This document shows positions 34,024-44,743 of a stretch of 64,000 bases of DNA, piece by piece. The notes beneath the pieces are model-generated. The model was given only the letters and a program-made list of their open reading frames with translations. It ran no database searches and was not told the DNA's origin. Every line of letters begins with the position of its first letter. Positions within the stretch are counted from its first letter, which is position 1. Made by a program: the position numbers and the translations under genes. The stretch comes from Acidimicrobiaceae bacterium (GTDB lineage Bacteria > Actinomycetota > Acidimicrobiia > Acidimicrobiales > RAAP-2). The stretch is from the NCBI GenBank assembly GCA_003138855.1, contig PLHF01000045.1, positions 17,054 through 81,053 of the forward strand. Direction: 5' to 3'.

Positions 34024-35250
34024 TCACCCCCCAGGGCCGGCCACCCGTGCCCGCCGCACCAGGAGGCGTTCCAGAGTGGCGGGGTCGGGAGCGGGACCCA
34101 TCCCGTCCCCGCCGGGCACAGAAGCCTCCAGTGCACCGCTCGAAGTCGACCGGACCAGGCCCAGGGGCTCCACCAGCCCATCGGTCAAGTAGGTCGGGGC
34201 CGGGCTCAGGTCCCCGGGCCAGGCGAAGCCGGGCACTGCCGCCAGGGTGGTGTTGACACCACGGGCGTAGCCCGACTCGTACATGCCGCCGATCCACATC
34301 GGGATGCCGGCATCCCTGCAGTCCTCGACCACCCGCAGTGCCGCACCCAGGCCACCGAGGCGCGACGGCTTGACGCACACCACCGAACACGCTCCCATCG
34401 AGATGGCGGCAGCGGTCCGCTCGGGTGAGTCGAGGCTCTCGTCGAGGCAGATGGGGGTGGCGAGGCGGCGCGCCAGGCGGGCGTGTGCCCCGAGGTCGGA
34501 CCGATCGAAGGGTTGTTCCAGGCAGAGAAGTCCGAACCGGTCGAGCCGCCCGAGGTGGGCGCTGTCCGACTCGGAATACGACCCGTTGGCGTCCGCCTGC
34601 ACGCGCAGGCCCGGGATGGCGGCAGCCACCGCACCCACCGGTTCGACATCCCACCCGGGGCCGATCTTCATCTTCACCCGCGTGAATCCCTGGGCGGCCA
34701 GCGCAGCCACCGCGTCGACCAGTGTGCCGGTGTCCCCGCAGGTCCCGACCACCGCGCCGATCTCGACCTGCCGATCCTCCACCCGGAGCACCTGGGCGAA
34801 CGATCGGCTCTCGGATCGGAGATGGGCGTCCGCCACTGCCATCTCCAAGGCGGCGAAGGCCAGTGTCCCCCCGGGGGCGGCACGCCGGATCCCGTCCAAG
34901 GCGGAGGGTCGGGGCAACCGGCCGTGCGACCTGGTCGCCTGCTCGACCAGGGCCGGTACCAGGCGGTGCTCAAGAGCGAAGAACGACCCGGCCACGTCCT
35001 CGTCGTCGTAGGTGGTGTCGGCGAGGGCGGCGCACTCCCCCCAGCCGTCGACCGACCGACCATCGGCGCTCCCCCGGAGTTGTACCAGCACCAGCGGTCG
35101 GTTCCTGTGCACGCCGACCGCTGTCGAGACGGGGCGCACGAACGGGACGTCGATCCACCACAGTTCGACGCAGTCCAGGGCGAACGCGCCGTGCTCGCCG
35201 ACCGCGGCCCAGGCCTCGGACAATCCGATCGGGGGAGCTGCACCGTCCAT
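34024..35250 (-). CDS. menC: o-succinylbenzoate synthase / N-succinylamino acid racemase (enolase superfamily)
   Basis: GWGE, KMK, DAN, EQP, DES, K.SRLGG, GGM.ESG, PGD; ATG 35250 lies 8 nt after TAGGAT. Confidence 0.82.
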   Translation of the reverse strand: MDGAAPPIGLSEAWAAVGEHGAFALDCVELWWIDVPFVRPVSTAVGVHRNRPLVLVQLRGSADGRSVDGWGECAALADTTYDDEDVAGSFFALEHRLVPALVEQATRSHGRLPRPSALDGIRRAAPGGTLAFAALEMAVADAHLRSESRSFAQVLRVEDRQVEIGAVVGTCGDTGTLVDAVAALAAQGFTRVKMKIGPGWDVEPVGAVAAAIPGLRVQADANGSYSESDSAHLGRLDRFGLLCLEQPFDRSDLGAHARLARRLATPICLDESLDSPERTAAAISMGACSVVCVKPSRLGGLGAALRVVEDCRDAGIPMWIGGMYESGYARGVNTTLAAVPGFAWPGDLSPAPTYLTDGLVEPLGLVRSTSSGALEASVPGGDGMGPAPDPATLERLLVRRARVAGPGG

Positions 35251-35327
35251 GGGAACGGATCCTACGTTTCCGGCCCTCCCGACATCGCTGCGCCACGCAG
35301 TGGTGGGGATAGGCTGCGCCCCCACCA

Positions 35328-35413
35328 GCCCGGGTGGCGGAATGGCAGACGCGGTGGACTCAAAATCCATTGTCCGAAAGGGCGTGCGGGTTCGAATCCC
35401 GCCCCGGGCACCA
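35328..35413 (+). tRNA. tRNA-Leu(CAA)
   Basis: gcccggg/cccgggc acceptor stem with encoded CCA, anticodon loop ctCAAaa, long variable arm, GTTCGAATC T-loop. Confidence 0.97.
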
Positions 35414-35542
35414 GTGCGGTGGTCGTCGGCCACCGGCCGCGAAGTGACCAGCGAGTAATCACCTCCCCTGTATCCGGCCGTGCCACACTTGTCCGTCCAC
35501 CACGGTCGAGGTCGGCCGGGATCATTCGAGAGGAGCCCGTAG

Positions 35543-36799
35543 GTGCTGGCCTTTACCTTCCCAGGACAGGGGTCGCAGCGATCCGGCATGGGTCGTGCCT
35601 GGGTCGAGCACCCCTCGTGGGAGGTGGCCGCCGAGGCGTCGGAGATCGCCGGGCGTGATCTCACCACCCTGCTCCTGGACGCTCCCATGGAGGACCTCAC
35701 CCGTACCGCCAACGCCCAGCTGGCCACCTTCGTGATGAGCCTGGTGGTACTCGATGCAGTCGAGCGACTCGGCTTGGCTCCGGCGGCGTGTGCCGGCCAC
35801 AGCCTTGGTGAGTACACCGCCCTGGTGGCGACCGGGGCCCTCTCGCTCTCCGATGGGACCCGCCTGGTCATCGAGCGCGGGAACGCCATGCAGGGCGCCG
35901 CCGACGAGCGCCCCGGAACGATGGCCGCGCTCATCGGCATCGCCGATGACGACGCCGAGGCCGCCTGCCAGAGGGCCGAGGACGATGTGTGGGTGGCCAA
36001 CTACAACGCACCGGGCCAGGTGGTCATCGCCGGAACGGTGGATGCGGTGGCCAACGCCACCGACAGGGCAAAGGAGCTCGGCGCCCGCAAGGTTCTGCCC
36101 CTTCCGGTGTCGGGCGCGTTCCACACCCAGTTGATGCTCTCGGCGCGGACCCGCCTCCGTCAGACGCTCGACACCGTGGCATTCCACTCCCCCGAGGTAC
36201 CCGTCGTGGCCAATGTCGACGCCCGGGTCCACACCGACCCTGGTGAGTGGCCGGGCCTGCTCTCCGCCCAGTTGTGCAGCCCGGTCCGATGGCGCCAGTC
36301 CCTGGAGACCTTAAGCGGCAGGGGCGCCACCACGATCGTCGAGCTGGGTCCGGGCGGCGTGCTCACCGGCATGGTGCGCCGGACTGTTCCGGACGTGAGA
36401 GGAGTCGCCGTCGCCGTCCCTGCCGACCTGGACAAGCTGATCGACACCGTTGCCGGCATCGACGAGTGGACCACTTCGGGGCCGACCCATCAAGGCGAGC
36501 ACCTCTACACCTCGGAACGGGTGATCGTCAGCCCTGCTCCCGGGGTGTTCGAACCCGAGGTCCAACTGGCCGCACTCGAGAGCACCGCCTTGGCCGAGGC
36601 CAACGCGGCCCCCGGAAGCGGCCATGGGGCGGCGCCCGGTTCCCTCCTGGCAGTGGGCGACCTGGTCGGCACGGTGGGGCTGACCGAGGTCAGGACCCCT
36701 TTCGCCGGCATCCTGGTGCGCTGGCTGGCGGTCCGGGGCGAACGGGTGGTCGAAGGGCAACCGGTGGTATGGATCCGCACGGGAGGAGGCTCGTCATGA
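35543..36799 (+). CDS. fabD: Malonyl-CoA:ACP transacylase with C-terminal biotinyl/lipoyl-like domain
   Basis: FPGQGSQ, GHSLGEY, ANYN...Q.V, VSGAFH, PVRW, ELGPG.VL; about 100-aa C-terminal extension. Confidence 0.93.
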   Translation: MLAFTFPGQGSQRSGMGRAWVEHPSWEVAAEASEIAGRDLTTLLLDAPMEDLTRTANAQLATFVMSLVVLDAVERLGLAPAACAGHSLGEYTALVATGALSLSDGTRLVIERGNAMQGAADERPGTMAALIGIADDDAEAACQRAEDDVWVANYNAPGQVVIAGTVDAVANATDRAKELGARKVLPLPVSGAFHTQLMLSARTRLRQTLDTVAFHSPEVPVVANVDARVHTDPGEWPGLLSAQLCSPVRWRQSLETLSGRGATTIVELGPGGVLTGMVRRTVPDVRGVAVAVPADLDKLIDTVAGIDEWTTSGPTHQGEHLYTSERVIVSPAPGVFEPEVQLAALESTALAEANAAPGSGHGAAPGSLLAVGDLVGTVGLTEVRTPFAGILVRWLAVRGERVVEGQPVVWIRTGGGSS

Positions 36800-37599
36800 C
36801 CGGACCCGAGGAAGGGAGCCGGGGACGAGACGGCGACCGGGGACGCGACGAGGAGCCCGGTGCAGACCCCGCCCGCGGCAGAGTCGTGCTGGTCACCGGG
36901 GGCTCACGCGGCATCGGCCTGGCCTGCGCCAAGTGGTTCCTGACCCGTGGGGACCGGGTGGCGGTCACCTCGAGGACCGGCGCGGTCGAGGACCGCCTCG
37001 ACGCCGGCACGGATCGGTTCATGTCGCTGAAGTGCGACGTGACCGAACCCGAGCAGGTCACTGCTGCGTTCTCGGCCATCGAGGAGGCGTGGGGACCGGT
37101 CGAAGTGCTCGTGGCCAATGCCGGCATCACGCGCGACACACTGGTCCTCCGCATGAGCGAGGAGGCCTGGTCCGAGGTCATCGACACCAACCTGACCGCC
37201 GTCTTCCGAGTTGCCAAGCGGGCGCTCACCAAGATGATCCGCCTCCACCGTGGGCGCGTGATCATGATCTCCTCGGTGAGTGCGTTCATCGGTTCGGCCG
37301 GTCAGGCCAACTATGCGGCCTCCAAGGCCGGGTTGGTCGGAATGGCCCGGTCGATGGCGCGCGAAGTGGCCAGCCGCTCGATCACCGTCAACGTGGTTGC
37401 CCCCGGGCTGGTCGAAACGAATATGCTCGCAGCACTCGGAGAAGTGCGAATGAGCGAAATCCGGGCCCAGGTACCCTTGGGTCGGGTGGCCCGGGCCGAG
37501 GAGGTCGCCGAGGCCGTAGGATTCCTGGCTTCGGCCGGTGCCGGCTACGTCACCGGGGTGGTGGTGCCCGTGGACGGGGGATTGGCCATGGGCCTGTGA
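36796..37599 (+). CDS. fabG: 3-oxoacyl-ACP reductase
   Basis: TGGSRGIG, NAGITRD, GQANYAASKAG, VDGG; ATGA overlap with fabD. Confidence 0.93.
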   Translation: MTGPEEGSRGRDGDRGRDEEPGADPARGRVVLVTGGSRGIGLACAKWFLTRGDRVAVTSRTGAVEDRLDAGTDRFMSLKCDVTEPEQVTAAFSAIEEAWGPVEVLVANAGITRDTLVLRMSEEAWSEVIDTNLTAVFRVAKRALTKMIRLHRGRVIMISSVSAFIGSAGQANYAASKAGLVGMARSMAREVASRSITVNVVAPGLVETNMLAALGEVRMSEIRAQVPLGRVARAEEVAEAVGFLASAGAGYVTGVVVPVDGGLAMGL

Positions 37600-37687
37600 C
37601 GCCCCGTCTGGACGGCGTCGGGCACCGTGGCCACGTGACAGTTGGACCATCACCAGAGCGGGCGACCCCCGAAGAAGGAGCGATCCA

Positions 37688-37927
37688 GTGAGCAACGACG
37701 AGGCATTCGAGAAGTTCCAGGAGTGCGCGGTGGAAGTGCTTCAGGTGCCTGCCGGCAAGGTGACCAGGGAGGCCCGGTTCGCCGAGGACCTGGATGCCGA
37801 CAGCCTCGATCTGGTCGAACTGGTCATGGCCCTCGAAGAGACCTTCGACGTCTCCGTGGACGAGACCGAACTCGATGGCATCGAAACCATCGGCCAGGCA
37901 TTCGATCTCATCTCCGCAAAGATCTGA
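37688..37927 (+). CDS. acpP: Acyl carrier protein
   Basis: DLDADSLDLVELVMALEE; AAGGAG RBS before GTG. Confidence 0.95.
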   Translation: MSNDEAFEKFQECAVEVLQVPAGKVTREARFAEDLDADSLDLVELVMALEETFDVSVDETELDGIETIGQAFDLISAKI

Positions 37928-39123
37928 TGCGACTGGGCATCGGACCTGACGGTCCGATCGCCGGTCGGCGCGTCGCCATCACCGGCGTGGGAGTCGTCTC
38001 GTGCTGCGGGGTCGGTACCGAGGCCCTGTGGTCCGGGCTCAACGGACCGCCGCCCATCGGTGAGCGCCGCGTGCCCGACTTCGACCCCGAGCGGTGGTTC
38101 ACCGTCAAAGAGGCCCGCCAGACCGACCGGTTCGCCCAGTTCAGTGTGGCGGTCGCCTCCATGGCCTTCGAGGATGCCGGCGAGATCACAGCCGACCCGG
38201 GCCGCTGCGCAGTCATCATGGGCACCGGGGTCGGGGGCCTGGAGACCCTGGAGACCCAGATCCTCATCTTCGGCGAGAAGGGGGCCCGCAGGGTCTCCCC
38301 CCGGTTGGTACCGATGATGATGACCAACGCCGGAGCAGCGGCCGTCTCCATCCGCATGGGCTGGCACGGGCCATCCGAGACCATCACCACGGCGTGTGCC
38401 GCCGGTGCCCACAGCATCGCCTACGCCGCGCACTTGGTGGCTTCCGGCCGATGTGACGTGGCCATCGGCGGTGCGTCCGAAGCGGGGATGACCGGTGTCG
38501 GCATGGCTGCGTTCGCCAACATGACCGCGCTCTCCACCTCGGGCAACTCGCGTCCGTTCGACCTCCGTCGCGACGGCTTCGTCATCACCGAGGGCGCCGG
38601 CGCCTTCGTCCTGGAGGCGTGGGATCACGCCGTGGCCCGTGGTGCCCACATCTACGGCGAGTTGGCCGGTGCCGCCAGCACCGCCGATGCCCACCACATC
38701 ACCGCTCCCATCCCCGGCGGCTCCGGCGCGGCCGAGTGCATGGCACTGGCCATGGAAGATGCCGGGATCACACCCGACCAGGTGGGCCACATCAACGCCC
38801 ACGGGACATCGACACCCCTCAACGACCGGGCCGAAGCGGATGCCATCACCAAGGTGTTCGGGGGCGCGTCGCCTCCGGTCACCTCCACCAAGGGGATCAC
38901 CGGCCATGGGCTCGGAGCCAGTGGGGCCATCGAAGCGGTGGCCGTGGCACTGAGCATCCAGCACCACCTGATCCCGCCGACCTCCGGCTATGAGCAACCG
39001 GACCCGGACATCCACCTCGATGTGGTGGCCGGCCAAGCCCGCCCCTGGGTGCCCGCCCCGGTGCTCTCCAACTCGTTCGGTTTCGGCGGCCACAACGGCT
39101 GCCTGGTGATCACCCCGGCCTGA
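37927..39123 (+). CDS. fabF: 3-oxoacyl-ACP synthase II
   Basis: TACAAG (Cys), NAHGTST (His), KG.TGH (His), SNSFGFGG. Confidence 0.93.
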   Translation: MRLGIGPDGPIAGRRVAITGVGVVSCCGVGTEALWSGLNGPPPIGERRVPDFDPERWFTVKEARQTDRFAQFSVAVASMAFEDAGEITADPGRCAVIMGTGVGGLETLETQILIFGEKGARRVSPRLVPMMMTNAGAAAVSIRMGWHGPSETITTACAAGAHSIAYAAHLVASGRCDVAIGGASEAGMTGVGMAAFANMTALSTSGNSRPFDLRRDGFVITEGAGAFVLEAWDHAVARGAHIYGELAGAASTADAHHITAPIPGGSGAAECMALAMEDAGITPDQVGHINAHGTSTPLNDRAEADAITKVFGGASPPVTSTKGITGHGLGASGAIEAVAVALSIQHHLIPPTSGYEQPDPDIHLDVVAGQARPWVPAPVLSNSFGFGGHNGCLVITPA

Positions 39124-39198
39124 ACCGGGCCATCCGCTGCGGTCCCGTACGAAGGGTGCGGTCGATGCCGCCCGCTATCCCCCTACGGTTGGGAACCC

Positions 39199-40914
39199 AT
39201 GGTTGACCGAATGACCTCCGCCCAAGCGCCCGGCACCACCGGCGCGGCCCCCGCTCCCCCTGCCCCTCACAATCCGGACCTGGCCATCGGCGCCTTCACC
39301 CCGAACGGTCCGTGGACGGTCGACCCCGATGCCATGCCGTGGCGTTTCGCAACCGGCACGGAGGGTGACATCGACGTCCTTCGGACCGAGGCGGCCGCGC
39401 TGGCCCGCCGACTGGTCAAGCCGCAGCACATTCCTTCGGTCGGTCGGGTGCTGACCGTTGGGCTGCGGCTGGGCTCCGCCCTGGTGGGCTGGGGGATCCA
39501 CGATCGTGGCACTCCCGGCTCGCGGGCCGGACTGTCCCGGAGGCTCCGGCCGGCCTTCGAGCGACTCGGCCCCACCTACATCAAGCTCGGACAGATCATC
39601 TCCTCGGGAGAGGGGATCTTCCCGGAGGAGCTGGTCGAGGAGTTCCAACTCCTGCGCGACCGCGTTCCCCCCGAGCGCTTCGCCACCGTCCGGCGGACGA
39701 TCGAAGAAGAGCTGGGCCGGCCCCTCGCGGAGGTCTTCGTGTCGTTCGACCGCATCCCGATCGCCTCGGCCTCGATCGCCCAGGTGCACGCGGCCACGCT
39801 GCGCACCGGGGAACGGGTCGTGGTCAAGGTCCAGCGGCGCACGGTGGCCTCGATGGTCCGCCTGGACATCGCCTCCATGTCGTGGATCGCCCCGCTGCTG
39901 GTCGGCCGCATCCCGGTCACCGCACTTACCAACCCGCCGGCCCTGGTCGAGCTGTTCGCCGAGACCATCGTCGAGGAGCTCGACTTCCGCCTCGAGGCCC
40001 AGAACATGCTGGATATCGCCGCCGTCTTCGCCGGCACCGGCCAGCGGTCGGTCGTGGTGCCGAGGCCGCACCCCGAGCTGGTGACACGGCGGGTACTGGT
40101 GATGGAGCACCTACACGGTTTCGCCTGGGCGAATGCCGCAGGGATGCGGGACGCGGGCATCGACACCGCCGCCGTCCTCCGATCGAGCCTGATCGCCTTC
40201 CTCGAGGGTGCGCTGCTCTACGGGGTCTTCCATGGCGACCTCCACGGCGGAAACCTGCTAGTACAGCCGGACGGCACCGTGGCCCTGCTCGACTTCGGCA
40301 TCACCGGCCGGCTCGACGAGTTCAGGCGCCAGGCATTCCTCCGCCTGGAGATGGGCGCCACCACCAACAATCTGACCCTTCAGGTCGAGGCACTGCGGGA
40401 CCTGGGCGCCCTTCCGGGCGACTCCGACGTGCAGGCGGTCATCCGCGATCTCGGGCTCGATCGGCCCGCGGTGGATCCCACCACCTTGACCGCCGAGGAG
40501 ATGATGGCCGAGCTCCGCGAGGTGACCAAGGCACTCCTCGGCTACGGTGCCCGGCTGCCCAAGGAGCTGATGCTGTTCGTAAAGGACATGCTCTTCCTCA
40601 ACGGGGCCATGGCCTCGATGGCCCCTGACGTCGACATCCTGGGGGAGGTCGTCGCCGTCGCCACCTACTTCAGCGAACGGCACGGCGAGCGCATCGCCCG
40701 CGACGTCGGCTTCGATGTGCTGTCGGCACCCATCGACCTCGACGGCTATCGGGCGGCACTGGGGTTCCCCGACCAGACCGACTCCATCACCTTCCGCGAC
40801 CTGCAGGAGCGCAGGGAGCTGATTCGGCGACGACTGCAGCACCACAGCGAGAGCCAAAGTCGCCGGTCGTTCCTCCGGGCGGTCTACCGGCTGGTGCGGC
40901 CCGACCGGGGCTGA
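39199..40914 (+). CDS. ABC1/UbiB/AarF atypical kinase family protein
   Basis: LGPTYIKLGQ, ASASIAQVH, VVKVQR, ELDF..E, HGDLHGGN, LLDFG. Confidence 0.9.
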   Translation: MVDRMTSAQAPGTTGAAPAPPAPHNPDLAIGAFTPNGPWTVDPDAMPWRFATGTEGDIDVLRTEAAALARRLVKPQHIPSVGRVLTVGLRLGSALVGWGIHDRGTPGSRAGLSRRLRPAFERLGPTYIKLGQIISSGEGIFPEELVEEFQLLRDRVPPERFATVRRTIEEELGRPLAEVFVSFDRIPIASASIAQVHAATLRTGERVVVKVQRRTVASMVRLDIASMSWIAPLLVGRIPVTALTNPPALVELFAETIVEELDFRLEAQNMLDIAAVFAGTGQRSVVVPRPHPELVTRRVLVMEHLHGFAWANAAGMRDAGIDTAAVLRSSLIAFLEGALLYGVFHGDLHGGNLLVQPDGTVALLDFGITGRLDEFRRQAFLRLEMGATTNNLTLQVEALRDLGALPGDSDVQAVIRDLGLDRPAVDPTTLTAEEMMAELREVTKALLGYGARLPKELMLFVKDMLFLNGAMASMAPDVDILGEVVAVATYFSERHGERIARDVGFDVLSAPIDLDGYRAALGFPDQTDSITFRDLQERRELIRRRLQHHSESQSRRSFLRAVYRLVRPDRG

Positions 40915-40930
40915 CCGTTGGCTGACCGGG

Positions 40931-40969
40931 GGCTGACCCTCCGGGGGCCGGGCCGGGGCCGGGTCAGCC
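40931..40969. terminator. GC-rich inverted repeat between convergent ABC1 kinase and trpA
   Basis: ggctgaccc...gggtcagcc; no U-tract. Confidence 0.4.
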
Positions 40970-41005
40970 TCCGGGGCCGGCCTTCCTCGGGTCCCGACGA
41001 AACCG

Positions 41006-41818
41006 TCAACCGGCGTCGAGTGCCCTACGCAGGGAGGAGACGAAGGCGGCCGCACCCTCCGGCCCACCGCCCTCCAGCAGGCGGCGCACCAGGGCAGAGC
41101 CCACCACCACTCCGTCGGCGACTTCGCACACCGTGGCAGCCTGCTCGGGGGTGGACACCCCGATCCCCACGCACACCGGCAGGTCCGTCGCACCGCTGAC
41201 CCTCTCCGCCACCTGGCGGGCCGACTCGGCCAGGACCTTCTGCTCCCCAGTCACTCCCATCCGGCCGACGGCATACACGAATCCCCGTGAGCGCTCACAG
41301 ATGCGACCGATCCGGTCCAAGGGGGTCGACGGTGCCACCAGCAGCACGGTGGCCACGCCGGCCCGGTCTGCCGCATCGGCCCATGGTCCGACCTCCTCCA
41401 GGGGGAGGTCGGGGATGATCGCGCCGGACACTCCTGATTGGCTCATCAGCCCGGCGATCCGTGCGTGGCCGGCCCGGAAGATGAGGTTGTAGTACGTCAT
41501 CACAACGAGGGGAACCCCCACATCGACCCGGCTGAGATCCGCCAGGATGCCGTCGGGCGTGGTCCCGCGCTCCAGTGCCCGCCGGGACGCATCCTGGATG
41601 GTGACGCCGTCGATCATCGGGTCCGAGAAGGGGATGCCCACCTCGATCGCGTCGGCTCCGGATCCGGCCAGCGCTTCGAGGGTGACCAGCCACTGGTCGT
41701 CCAGGCCCCCGGTCAGATAGGGCACCAGAAGCTTGTGCCCCGCGTCGCGTCGGGCCCGCAGCGTCGACTCGAGCAGTCCGGGCAGGTACCCCGTGGTAGG
41801 CGGCCGATCGCTGCTCAC
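41006..41818 (-). CDS. trpA: Tryptophan synthase alpha chain
   Basis: [41 protein letters not shown] overlap with trpB. Confidence 0.96.
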   Translation of the reverse strand: MSSDRPPTTGYLPGLLESTLRARRDAGHKLLVPYLTGGLDDQWLVTLEALAGSGADAIEVGIPFSDPMIDGVTIQDASRRALERGTTPDGILADLSRVDVGVPLVVMTYYNLIFRAGHARIAGLMSQSGVSGAIIPDLPLEEVGPWADAADRAGVATVLLVAPSTPLDRIGRICERSRGFVYAVGRMGVTGEQKVLAESARQVAERVSGATDLPVCVGIGVSTPEQAATVCEVADGVVVGSALVRRLLEGGGPEGAAAFVSSLRRALDAG

Positions 41819-43065
41819 GCCCGTCCTCGCAGGATGTCCCGCACCTGGGCCACGTCCTTGTCGCCTCGTCCGGACAGATTGATGAGTACCGTGGATCCGC
41901 TCGGGATCTCCGCGCCTGAGGCCGCCGCCACCCAGGCGATGGCGTGGGCTGACTCGAGCGCCGGGATGATCCCCTCGGTCCGGGCCAGGAGCTGGAAGGC
42001 GTCGAGCACCTCTGCGTCGTCGGCTGCCACGTACCGCGCCCGACCGAGCTCGGCCAGGTGGGCGTGTTCCGGCCCGATGCCCGGATAGTCCAGGCCTGCC
42101 GAGATCGAGCTCGCCTCGAGGATCTGCCCGGCCTCGTCCTGGAGGAGGGCGCTGTGCATGCCATGGAGCACCCCGGGAATCCCCATGGACAGAGCGGCCC
42201 CCCCGGCAGCCTCGACGGCAACCAGTTCGGAGCGTGTGGCATCGGCGAACCCGGCGAAGATGCCCGCGGCGTTGGAACCTCCGCCGGCGCAGGCGACCAC
42301 CACGTCGGGATCGGCGCCGTCGAGGAGCTCGCGGCACTGGCTCCGGGCCTCGTCTCCGATGATCCGTTGGAACTCCCGGACCATCCAAGGGAAGGGATGC
42401 GGCCCCATCACCGAACCGAGGCAGTAGTGGGTCTCCCCCACCGACGCCACCCACTCGCGCAGTGCCTCGTTGACCGCGTCCTTGAGCGTGCGGCTACCGC
42501 TGGACACCGGGCGGACCTCCGCGCCGAGCAGTTCCATGCGGAACACGTTGAGCTCCTGGCGCTCGGTGTCCACCTCGCCCATGTAGACCACGCACTCCAT
42601 GCCGAACAGCGCTGCCGCGGTGGCCGTGGCCACGCCGTGCTGCCCGGCTCCGGTCTCGGCGATCAGCCGCTTCTTGCCCATGCGGATTGCCAGCAGCGCC
42701 TGGCCGATCACGTTGTTGATCTTGTGTGACCCGGTGTGGGCCAGGTCCTCCCGCTTCAACAGCACCCGGACTCCGAGCTCCTGCGACAGCCTGGCGCACT
42801 CGGTGACCGGCGTGGGCCTGCCACCGTAGTGGTGGAGGATGTTGCGGAACTCATCGTGGAACGCGGGGTCCACCCAGGCGGACCGGAAGGCCGCCTCGAC
42901 CTCCGCGCACGCTGGCACCAGCGACTCGGGGACGAACCGGCCGCCGAACCCGCCGAACCGGCCCGACGGGCCCGGGTCGCCCATGATCGGGGGCACCGAG
43001 GGCGACCCGCCTTCCGGAGTCGGCGATGTGGTCGCGCCCTTGGTCACGCCTGGCTCAGTGGTCAC
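41815..43065 (-). CDS. trpB: Tryptophan synthase beta chain
   Basis: [49 protein letters not shown] overlap with trpF. Confidence 0.97.
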   Translation of the reverse strand: MTTEPGVTKGATTSPTPEGGSPSVPPIMGDPGPSGRFGGFGGRFVPESLVPACAEVEAAFRSAWVDPAFHDEFRNILHHYGGRPTPVTECARLSQELGVRVLLKREDLAHTGSHKINNVIGQALLAIRMGKKRLIAETGAGQHGVATATAAALFGMECVVYMGEVDTERQELNVFRMELLGAEVRPVSSGSRTLKDAVNEALREWVASVGETHYCLGSVMGPHPFPWMVREFQRIIGDEARSQCRELLDGADPDVVVACAGGGSNAAGIFAGFADATRSELVAVEAAGGAALSMGIPGVLHGMHSALLQDEAGQILEASSISAGLDYPGIGPEHAHLAELGRARYVAADDAEVLDAFQLLARTEGIIPALESAHAIAWVAAASGAEIPSGSTVLINLSGRGDKDVAQVRDILRGRA

Positions 43066-43841
43066 GGTTCGTCCTGCCAATCGAAGAGGTCGGGGTCGGA
43101 GGTCGGTGTCCGTCGGTCTGCGTCGGCCGTGGGGTGCCGACCGTCGTCGGGCTGGATCGACGGGGCCGCCTCCCGGCGGCCGGCCCGGTTCGCCGCCCGT
43201 TCCGCCGTCCGCACGGCAGCCATGAACTCGCGCAACTTGCTGGGATCCTTCACGCCGGGCGCCGACTCGACGCCGCTGGCCACGTCCACCCCCCAGGGAT
43301 GCAGGTGGGCGATGGCCCCGCTGACGTTGTCCGGCCGAAGGCCACCCGAGACGATCAGCCGACTCGGGTCGACGACGCCTTCCGCCAGTCGCCAGTCGAA
43401 CAGCTCACCCGACCCCGGATTGGCCCCGTCGATGAGCAGCGACTGGGCCCCGTACTCCGCGAAGCGTTGGATGTTGCGGTGGCCGGCGGGAAACGCCTTG
43501 ATCGTCCAGTTCGCCCGGCTGGCGATCCACCGGGTGTCCTCGATGGACTCGACACCGTGGAGCTGCACTGCTCGCAGACCGATCTGATTGGCGATGTCGA
43601 TGACCCGCCGGGGCGACTCGTCCCGGAACACTCCCACCGTGACCGTTTCGTGGGGCAACCGCTTCACGATGTCGGCGACTGCCGCCGGCGCCATCTGACG
43701 GGGGGACGGAGCGAAGATGAAGCCCACAGCGGCGGCCCCCATCCCCACTGCCAACAGGGCATCGGCCTCGGAGGTGATCCCGCAGACCTTCACGAACACC
43801 CCGTCCTCCTCATGTTGGTCGGGCATCGCGAACACGTTCAC
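43062..43841 (-). CDS. trpF: Phosphoribosylanthranilate isomerase
   Basis: [42 protein letters not shown]. Confidence 0.93.
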   Translation of the reverse strand: MNVFAMPDQHEEDGVFVKVCGITSEADALLAVGMGAAAVGFIFAPSPRQMAPAAVADIVKRLPHETVTVGVFRDESPRRVIDIANQIGLRAVQLHGVESIEDTRWIASRANWTIKAFPAGHRNIQRFAEYGAQSLLIDGANPGSGELFDWRLAEGVVDPSRLIVSGGLRPDNVSGAIAHLHPWGVDVASGVESAPGVKDPSKLREFMAAVRTAERAANRAGRREAAPSIQPDDGRHPTADADRRTPTSDPDLFDWQDEP

Positions 43842-44629
43842 AGGCGCACCCCGAGCAGCTCGGCCACTGCAGCCCGCCGGTCGGCCGATCGGACCAGGGT
43901 CTCCCCCACCAGCACGGCCTGGAAGCCGGCCTCGGCGAGGCGGGCCACGTCTCCAACATCGCGGATTCCCGATTCGGCCACCGCCAGGACCCCGGCAGGG
44001 ATGGCCGCTCCCAGCGAGAGCGCACGCTGACGATCGACTTCGAAGGTACGGAGATCCCGCTGGTTCACGCCCACCAGGGCGGCACCGGCATCGAGGGCGC
44101 GGCGCAGTTCCGTTTCGTCGTGGACCTCCACGAGGGCTGCAAGTGAACATCTGTCGGCCAGCTGCAGGAACGACGACAGTTCCTGGTCGGTGAGGGCAGC
44201 AGCGATGAGCAGCACCGCGTCCGCCCCCATCGCACGGGCATCGCATACGTCGAGGGCGCTGACCGTGAAGTCCTTCCGCAGCACCGGTAGGGAGCACGCG
44301 GCGCGAGCAGCGCGCAGATCGTCCGGCAGTCCACCGAAGAACTGTCGCTCGGTGAGCACAGACAGGCAGGCGGCGCCCCCGGCCTCGTACTCGACGGCCA
44401 CCGTGGCCGGGTCGAGGTCAGGGTCGAGATCACCCTTCGACGGCGATCGCCGCTTGATCTCGGAGATCACGGCCATGCCGTACCGTGTGCTCGCCGCGGA
44501 GATCGCATCGGCGAACGAGCGCGTGGCCCCGCCCCGCTCCGCCTGTTCGACGGCCGCTTCGACGTCGCGGGTGTCGGCCGCCGCGGCAGCGCGATGGGCA
44601 GCGAGGATGGAGTCGAGATAGGCCGGCAT
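43838..44629 (-). CDS. trpC: Indole-3-glycerol phosphate synthase
   Basis: EIKRRSPSKG, LSVLT, LRKDF, VEVH, GVNQRDL, AESGI, LVGE.L. Confidence 0.96.
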   Translation of the reverse strand: MPAYLDSILAAHRAAAAADTRDVEAAVEQAERGGATRSFADAISAASTRYGMAVISEIKRRSPSKGDLDPDLDPATVAVEYEAGGAACLSVLTERQFFGGLPDDLRAARAACSLPVLRKDFTVSALDVCDARAMGADAVLLIAAALTDQELSSFLQLADRCSLAALVEVHDETELRRALDAGAALVGVNQRDLRTFEVDRQRALSLGAAIPAGVLAVAESGIRDVGDVARLAEAGFQAVLVGETLVRSADRRAAVAELLGVRL

Positions 44630-44743
44630 GGCATCGGAAGCCTACCGGGGCCATGGCCGCCCCCGGTGCTGGCAGCCGGGCTCCGTTCACACTTTCCTAA
44701 CCATGACAGCCGGCACTGCCGGCCCGGTGGCAGGCTGGACCTC

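Noticed and set aside
35328..35542. Integrative element at tRNA-Leu
   Set aside because: No integrase and no duplicated tRNA 3' end seen; flanks are housekeeping genes.
44630..44743. trp attenuator leader before trpC
   Set aside because: No Trp-codon leader peptide; a TAGGCT box lies 9 nt from the start.
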